Below are positions 6,744-12,603 of a stretch of 12,603 bases of DNA, piece after piece (position 1 is the first letter of the stretch; each line of letters begins with the position of its first letter). A program made the translations under genes and the position numbers. The stretch is taken from the NCBI GenBank assembly GCA_043816185.1, contig JBDRIG010000028.1, positions 1 to 12,603 on the forward strand, read 5' to 3'. This stretch comes from Elusimicrobiota bacterium (lineage in GTDB: Bacteria; Elusimicrobiota; UBA8919). Under the pieces are notes generated by a model, which was not told where the DNA came from, made no database searches, and saw nothing but the letters and a program-made list of their open reading frames with translations.

Positions 6744-8339
6744 ATGATTTCTAACAGAGTAAAAATTTTTGACACTTCATTAAGAGATGGAGCACAAGGA
6801 GAAGGAATTTCTTTAACTGTTGGCGATAAATTGAAGATTGCTATTGCACTTGACGAGATTGGCATTCATTATATAGAGGGAGGTTGGCCATACTCAAATC
6901 CGAAAGAAATTGAATTTTTTTTAAAAATAAAAAAACTTAAACTGAAAAATTCTAAAATTACAGCCTTTGGCTCGACCAGACATAAAGATAATAAACCGGA
7001 AAATGACGGTAATCTTTTAGCAATTGTAAAAGTAAAACCATCCGTCGCTTGCATATTTGGAAAAACATGGGATTTGCATATAAAATATGTTCTCAATGTA
7101 ACACAAGAAGAAAATCTGGATATGATTTTTTCATCGATAAAATTTCTAAAGTCAAAAGATCTGGAAGTAGTTTATGATGCAGAGCATTTTTTTGATGGCT
7201 ACATTTCAAATCCTAAATATGCATTAAAAACTTTATCGGTAGCAGCAGATGCTGGTGCAGACATTATTACACTTTGTGATACAAACGGTGGAATGCTTCC
7301 CAATCAAATAGCAAAAATAATAAACGAGATTAAGATTAAAACTCCGTTGGGAATTCATGCTCATAACGATTCAGATTGTGCCGTTGCAAATTCAATAGTT
7401 GCAGTGCAATCAGGATGCGTTCTTGTTCAGGGCACTTTTAATGGATGGGGTGAAAGATGCGGAAATGCAAATTTGTCATCGGTAATTCCAAACCTAAAAC
7501 TAAAATTGGGTATTGATTGTGCCTGCGACGACAAACTAAAGATGCTTACTGAAACATCACGCTATATATCGGAAGTAGCGAATATACTTCCAAATGATAA
7601 ACAGCCATATACGGGTTATTCTGCATTTGCTCATAAAGGCGGCGTACATGTTGCGGCGGTTGCAAAAAAAGCATCAACTTATGAGCATGTAAACCCGTCT
7701 GTAGTTGGCAACGAAAGAAGAATTCTAATATCAGAGCTTTCAGGTAAGGCAAATATTCTTCTTAAATCACAAGAATTAAATATTGATTTTGAAAAAAATT
7801 CAGACAGAGTTAAAAAGATTTTGGAGATAGTGAAAGATCGTGAAAAAAAAGGGTATCTTTATGAAGGGGCAGATGGTTCGTTTGAACTTTTAATAAGAAG
7901 AAATCTTACCGAATATAAAACATTTTTTCAATTGGGCGGGTTCCGTGTTGCCGTAGAAAAAGATATTCATGGACAAATGAAATCTGAAGCGACAATAAAA
8001 GTATATGTTGAAGGTACGGAAGAACTTACTGCTGCCGAAGGTGACGGACCAGTAAATGCATTGGATAATGCGTTGAGAAAAGCACTTGATAAATTTTATC
8101 CGCAATTAAAAAATGTTCGTCTTTCGGATTTTAAGGTCCGAATAATAAATCCGTCCGATAGCACTGGTGCAAAAGTTCGTGTTTTAATACAATCGACCGA
8201 TGGCAAAGACGAATGGTCAACCGTCGGAGTTTCTGAAAATATAATAGAAGCGTCGTGGCAAGCATTAGTTGACGCGATAGAATATAAGTTGTTAAAGAGT
8301 GATTGTACAGGTTACACTGAAAAAGCAAAAATTTTTTGA
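6744..8339 (+). CDS. cimA: Citramalate synthase (DRE-TIM family with LeuA regulatory domain)
   Basis: DTSLRDGAQGEG, YIEGGWP.SNPK, FGKTWDLH, YDAEHFFDGY, HAHND, GERCGNANL, AFAHKGGVH and GDGPVNALD mark the CimA clade rather than LeuA. ATG at 6744 has GGAG at 6731-6734; the ORF track starts at 6729. Confidence 0.9.
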   Translation: MISNRVKIFDTSLRDGAQGEGISLTVGDKLKIAIALDEIGIHYIEGGWPYSNPKEIEFFLKIKKLKLKNSKITAFGSTRHKDNKPENDGNLLAIVKVKPSVACIFGKTWDLHIKYVLNVTQEENLDMIFSSIKFLKSKDLEVVYDAEHFFDGYISNPKYALKTLSVAADAGADIITLCDTNGGMLPNQIAKIINEIKIKTPLGIHAHNDSDCAVANSIVAVQSGCVLVQGTFNGWGERCGNANLSSVIPNLKLKLGIDCACDDKLKMLTETSRYISEVANILPNDKQPYTGYSAFAHKGGVHVAAVAKKASTYEHVNPSVVGNERRILISELSGKANILLKSQELNIDFEKNSDRVKKILEIVKDREKKGYLYEGADGSFELLIRRNLTEYKTFFQLGGFRVAVEKDIHGQMKSEATIKVYVEGTEELTAAEGDGPVNALDNALRKALDKFYPQLKNVRLSDFKVRIINPSDSTGAKVRVLIQSTDGKDEWSTVGVSENIIEASWQALVDAIEYKLLKSDCTGYTEKAKIF

Positions 8340-8372
8340 AATAACGACGAAACTGCAAGAAAATCATGAAAA

Positions 8373-8435
8373 GTCATTGTGAGCGAAGCGAAGCAATCTC
8401 GTCTTTAAAAAAACAAAGTCGGAATTGTTCGCAAT
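8373..8435. repeat. Degenerate GTCATTGCGAG...GCAATCTC...TCGCAATGAC-type palindromic repeat, interrupted by the MITE
   Basis: GTCATTGTGAGCGAAGCGAAGCAATCTC (8373-8400), with a truncated right arm TTCGCAAT running into MITE copy 2. It resembles a widespread intergenic palindromic repeat type. Confidence 0.6.
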
Positions 8436-8552
8436 GAGACTGTGTCACAATGAGCTAAAAAGTTGCATTTTTATAGAAGATAGCAACTAATAGTAAAATA
8501 TGGTACTGCAATCCAACACTAGATGGTAAAAGATGGATTGCGGCACAGTCTC
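8436..8552. mobile_element. 117-bp MITE-like element, copy 2
   Basis: TIRs GAGACTGTGTCACAAT / ATTGCGGCACAGTCTC. Flanked by AAT on both sides (8433-8435 and 8553-8555), a candidate target-site duplication. Confidence 0.85.
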
Positions 8553-8606
8553 AATAACAAAATACAAATTGTGGAATAGCCTAAAAACGATTAAGGGGGA
8601 ATAAAA

Positions 8607-10259
8607 ATGCGTAGTGATAGTGTAAAAAAGGGTGTGGATAGAGCGCCGAACAGATCGTTAATTTATGCGACTGGTATCTCAAAAAAATCATTACAAAAAC
8701 CATTTATAGGAATTGCTTCATCATACTCCGATTTAGTTCCCGGCCATATCGGTATGAGGGATATGGAAAGATTTATAGAGCGAGGAATTGAATCGGCGCA
8801 GGGTACACCTTTTATTTTCGGACTTCCCGCTATCTGCGACGGCATCGCGATGGGACACTCAGGTATGTGTTATTCTCTTCCCTCGAGAGAACTTATAGCC
8901 GACTGCATTGAATCGGTAGCAAATGCACATAAACTTGATGGTCTTGTGCTTCTTACAAATTGCGATAAAATTACACCAGGAATGCTTATGGCTGCGGCAC
9001 GATTAAATATTCCATCGATAGTTGTTACGACTGGTCCGATGATGACGGGTTTTTGCAACGGTAAAAGGCGTTCTCTCGTGCGTGATACTTTTGAAGCAGT
9101 TGGGCTTTATCGTGCAAAAAAAATAGATGAAAAAGAACTTGAAAAATTGGAGTTGGCTGCATGTCCAGGAGCTGGTAGTTGTCAAGGTCTTTACACTGCT
9201 AACACGATGGCCTGTTTGACGGAAACAATGGGAATGTCTTTACCTGGTTGTGCAACTGCATTAGCTGCATCGTCTAAGAAAAGACGGATTGCATACGAAT
9301 CAGGGCAAAGAATAGTTGAACTTGTAAATTTGCAAATTTTACCGAGGAGAATTTTAACCGATGAGGCGTTTCATAATGCAATCGTAATGGATATGGCATT
9401 AGGTGGTTCAACCAACACAATACTTCATCTTCCGGCAATAGCGAATGAATGTGGAAAAAAACTTCCGTTAAAACTTTTTGATGAAATTTCACAAAAAACA
9501 CCGAATATAGTAAAATTAGAACCCGCTGGCGATTATTATATGGAGGATTTAGAAAATGCAGGCGGTATTCCTGCGGTTATGTCAGTATTAAAAACTAAAC
9601 TTAAAGACAATCCTACCATCTCAGGAATACGACTCTCGGAAATAATAAAACATGGTAAGGTTGAAAATAACGATGTCATAAGGCCGATAAACAGACCGTA
9701 CAGTAAAACTGGTGGCATTGCAATCCTTTTTGGAAATCTTGCACCAAATGGATGTGTTGTAAAACAGTCAGCAGTTTCTGCAAAAGCATTAAAATTTATA
9801 GGTACAGCAAAAATTTGTGAGTCGGAAGAATTCGCAATGAATTTAATCACCTTGAAAAAAATCAAAAAAGGTGATGTGATTGTAATAAGAAACGAAGGGC
9901 CAAAAGGTGGTCCAGGAATGAGAGAAATGCTGTCGCCAACTTCTGCAATTGTTGGACTTGGGCTTTCAGATTCGGTTGCATTGATTACCGATGGCAGATT
10001 TTCAGGTGGTACCCGCGGGCCTTGTATAGGACATATTTCTCCAGAAGCGATATCCGATGGACCTATCGGAATAATTAAAGATGGCGAAGAGATATGCATT
10101 GATATTCCCAACAGAACAATTTCAGTTCGTCTGACAGACGTTGAAATAAAATTGCGACTTGCAAGAAAAAAATCTGTTGAACCGAAAGTAAAAACCGGTT
10201 GGCTTAGTCGATACGCAAAATTAGTAACATCGGCGGATTTAGGTGCAGTGTTGAAATAA
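8607..10259 (+). CDS. ilvD: Dihydroxy-acid dehydratase
   Basis: Motifs [58 protein letters not shown] and [18 protein letters not shown] upstream. Confidence 0.97.
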   Translation: MRSDSVKKGVDRAPNRSLIYATGISKKSLQKPFIGIASSYSDLVPGHIGMRDMERFIERGIESAQGTPFIFGLPAICDGIAMGHSGMCYSLPSRELIADCIESVANAHKLDGLVLLTNCDKITPGMLMAAARLNIPSIVVTTGPMMTGFCNGKRRSLVRDTFEAVGLYRAKKIDEKELEKLELAACPGAGSCQGLYTANTMACLTETMGMSLPGCATALAASSKKRRIAYESGQRIVELVNLQILPRRILTDEAFHNAIVMDMALGGSTNTILHLPAIANECGKKLPLKLFDEISQKTPNIVKLEPAGDYYMEDLENAGGIPAVMSVLKTKLKDNPTISGIRLSEIIKHGKVENNDVIRPINRPYSKTGGIAILFGNLAPNGCVVKQSAVSAKALKFIGTAKICESEEFAMNLITLKKIKKGDVIVIRNEGPKGGPGMREMLSPTSAIVGLGLSDSVALITDGRFSGGTRGPCIGHISPEAISDGPIGIIKDGEEICIDIPNRTISVRLTDVEIKLRLARKKSVEPKVKTGWLSRYAKLVTSADLGAVLK

Positions 10260-10308
10260 GAGAGGCAGTTCATAGTTTATAGTTCGGGCAGGGTTTGTCA
10301 AAACAAAA

Positions 10309-10631
10309 GTAGTGCGACAAGTTTCAGCATCGCTTAACTTGTTGTACAGGAATTTGAAAAAGCAGGAATTGTAGGGCAAACCTTTAGGTTTGCTTATTTG
10401 CATGGCTAAAGCCATGCCCTACAAGCCCTGCCCTACAATTTGTAGGGCAAACCTTTAGGTTTGCTTAACTTGTTGTATAGGAAATTGAATAAATAATGTG
10501 GTAGTGGGTAGATTCGGGTCTCCTGACCCGAATGTCCACAGGTCGGGAGATCTGTGGCTACCCTTGTCGTACAGGAATTTGGAAGCGAACATTTTATACC
10601 ACACTTTAGTGGGTCCGACTAAAGTCGGGTT
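10309..10631. repeat. Mosaic cluster of GTAG-type REP hairpins (BIME/REPIN-like) with a linker repeated three times
   Basis: GTAGGGCAAACCTTTAGGTTTGC occurs at 10371-10393 and 10442-10464. An inverted variant GCATGGCTAAAGCCATGCCCTAC is at 10400-10422. Further hairpins are ATTCGGGTCTCCTGACCCGAAT and CCGACTAAAGTCGG. The linker CTTGTYGTAYAGGAAWTTG starts at 10338, 10469 and 10563. Confidence 0.8.
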
Positions 10632-10655
10632 TAATTTGAAGGAAGGAGTTAATTT

Positions 10656-12383
10656 ATGCTAAAAACAGGAGCGGAAATTTTTATTGAGTGTTTGTTGAGG
10701 GAAAAAGTGGAAGTGTTGTTCGGAATTCCAGGCGGTTCTGTGCTTCCCATTTTTGATAAAATTTACGATACTCGTGATAAAATCAAATTTGTTCTGACGA
10801 GACACGAGCAAGGTGCTGGGCATATGGCGGATGGATATGCTCGTTCAACTGGAAATGTCGGCGTCTGCATTGCAACAAGTGGCCCTGGTGCGGCAAATCT
10901 TACGACTGCACTTGCAACCGCTCACATGGATTCAATCCCGATGGTTGCATTCACAGGTCAGGTTGCAACAACACTTATCGGAAACGATGCTTTTCAGGAG
11001 GCAGATACAACAGGCATAACCCGTTCAGTTACAAAACATAATTTTCTTGTTAAAAACGTCGAGGATCTCGCAAAAACGATCAGTGAAGCATTTTATATCG
11101 CAAAAACGGGTCGTCCCGGTCCAGTACTCGTTGATATTCCCGTTGATATTCAGAGGGCTGAGTGTGAATTTGTTTGGCCAAAAAAAATAGAAATCCGTTC
11201 TTATAATCCGGTTTACGAAGGACATACAGGGCAAATAAAAAAAGCAGCGGATTTAATAAACTCGTCAAAACAGCCGCTTTTATATGTCGGTGGAGGAATT
11301 ATATCTGCTGATGCGTCGCAGGAATTATTGTCACTTGCAGAAAAAATTAACACACCTGTTACGACGACACTTTTAGCAATCGGTAGTTTTCCACCAGATC
11401 ATCCGTTGAATATTTTTATGCCTGGAATGCATGGTAATTATGCAGCAAATCTTGCGTTTCAGAATTGCGATTTAATAATTGCCGTCGGTGCCCGTTTTGA
11501 TGATAGGGTAACTGGAAAACTTTCTGCATTTGCTCCAAAGGCAAAAATTGTTCATATTGACATTGATCCGACATCCATTTCTAAAAATGTTTCCGTTGAT
11601 GTACCTGTTGTTGGTGACGCAAAAAAAGTAATTACAGAACTTATAAAATATGTGAAGAAAAAAAACAACAGTGAGTGGCTTAAAAAAATCTCCGAGTGGC
11701 AGAAATTAAATCCATTCTCATACAAAAAAGACAATAAACTTCGACCACAATTTGTCGTTGATAAAATTTCTGAAATAACAAAAGGCGAAGCAATCGTTGT
11801 AACGGAGGTAGGACAAAATCAAATGTGGGCGGCGCAGTTTTATAGGGCGAAATTTCCGAGACATTTTTTGTCCAGTGGCGGGCTTGGAACGATGGGCTAC
11901 GGTTTTCCCGCTGCTATCGGTGCCAAAATTGCAAATCCTAAGAAAACTGTTATTGATATTGCTGGTGACGGTTCAATTCAAATGAATATACAGGAATTAG
12001 CAACTGCCGTCTTAAATAATGTAAATGTTAAAATCGTAATACTTAATAATGCACATTTGGGAATGGTTCGTCAGTGGCAAGAACTTTTTTACAAGAGAAG
12101 ATATTCGGCAACATGCCTTACGAAGCCGAATGGTTGTTTACCGTCGGATGCATCTGCCAAAAGACCGTCATGGATGATACCAGATTTTGTTAAACTTGCA
12201 GAAAGTTATGGTGCAGTAGGACTAAGAATCACAAAAAAAGAGGATGTTGAAAGTACACTTGTTAAAGCATTAAAAATAGAAAAAGTTGTTGTTATGGATT
12301 TCATCGTTGAGGAAGAGGAAAATGTGCTTCCTATGGTTCCCGCTGGCAAGGCACTTGACGAGATAATAACATCATTGGCTTAG
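10656..12383 (+). CDS. ilvB: Acetolactate synthase large (catalytic) subunit, biosynthetic type
   Basis: Motifs FGIPGGSVLPI, RHEQGAGHMADGYAR, TSGPGA.N, GNDAFQEAD, SGGLGTMGYGFPAAIGA and the TPP motif GDGSIQMNIQEL...NN.HLGMVRQWQ. SD GAAGGAG upstream. Confidence 0.97.
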   Translation: MLKTGAEIFIECLLREKVEVLFGIPGGSVLPIFDKIYDTRDKIKFVLTRHEQGAGHMADGYARSTGNVGVCIATSGPGAANLTTALATAHMDSIPMVAFTGQVATTLIGNDAFQEADTTGITRSVTKHNFLVKNVEDLAKTISEAFYIAKTGRPGPVLVDIPVDIQRAECEFVWPKKIEIRSYNPVYEGHTGQIKKAADLINSSKQPLLYVGGGIISADASQELLSLAEKINTPVTTTLLAIGSFPPDHPLNIFMPGMHGNYAANLAFQNCDLIIAVGARFDDRVTGKLSAFAPKAKIVHIDIDPTSISKNVSVDVPVVGDAKKVITELIKYVKKKNNSEWLKKISEWQKLNPFSYKKDNKLRPQFVVDKISEITKGEAIVVTEVGQNQMWAAQFYRAKFPRHFLSSGGLGTMGYGFPAAIGAKIANPKKTVIDIAGDGSIQMNIQELATAVLNNVNVKIVILNNAHLGMVRQWQELFYKRRYSATCLTKPNGCLPSDASAKRPSWMIPDFVKLAESYGAVGLRITKKEDVESTLVKALKIEKVVVMDFIVEEEENVLPMVPAGKALDEIITSLA

Positions 12384-12603
12384 ATTATTGATGTTCAACC
12401 TCAATAAATAAATATGTCGCCTAAATGTTAACAACGTCTGAAAAAAAGGGAAATAATGAATAATTGTTAGCTAACGATACGTTGTAGAGTAATTCCTTTT
12501 GTGTCTTTTAAGTACTGCGATGGTGTTTTGTAATTTAATTTTTTGAGTCTTTTGTTTTGGTTGTAGTCGTCAACAAACTCCAAAAGTTTATTATTTAGAT
12601 CAA

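Noticed and set aside
4568..7752. Short minus-strand ORFs (4568-4834, 5122-5346, 5847-6122, 6869-7096, 7546-7752) and similar ones elsewhere
   Set aside because: They overlap well-supported + strand genes and show no motifs.
6744..8339. leuA (2-isopropylmalate synthase) assignment
   Set aside because: GAQGEG, IEGGWP, GKTWDLH and DAEHFFDG, together with the position after lysC, fit the CimA clade better.
9536..10273. 245-aa minus-strand ORF
   Set aside because: It lies almost entirely antisense to ilvD, in codon register, with no recognisable motifs. This is a typical shadow ORF.
10332..10584. CRISPR array interpretation of the three linker repeats
   Set aside because: Only three degenerate repeats, unequal periods (131 and 94 bp), spacers made of REP hairpins, and no cas genes in the window.
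12520..12603. TGA recoding (genetic code 4 or 25) to rescue the terminal frame
   Set aside because: thrB and cimA end in TGA at expected lengths, and all long genes are open in the standard code.

Overview
AT-rich bacterial window with all real genes on the + strand. The backbone is an aspartate-family and branched-chain amino acid biosynthesis cluster: thrB, lysC (with an internal beta-subunit start), cimA, ilvD and ilvB. Almost every junction between these housekeeping genes carries accessory DNA. (i) A 117-bp MITE-like element occurs twice in direct orientation (1115-1231 and 8436-8552). (ii) C-terminal relics of a TreT-like glycosyltransferase and of rubrerythrin lie directly after the first MITE copy. 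(iii) A DpnII-like endonuclease plus a beta-class DNA methyltransferase sit between thrB and lysC. (iv) A self-promoted DUF5674 plus helical-protein pair, preceded by a 26-bp perfect palindrome, sits between lysC and cimA. (v) A modular array of several different GTAG-type REP hairpins, separated by a conserved ~21-27 bp linker, sits between ilvD and ilvB. Degenerate 7-mer and 8-mer tandem repeats occur between genes and in frame inside thrB. Family assignments come from motif recognition by eye; no searches were run. The host is unknown, and an Elusimicrobiota-like organism is only a guess.
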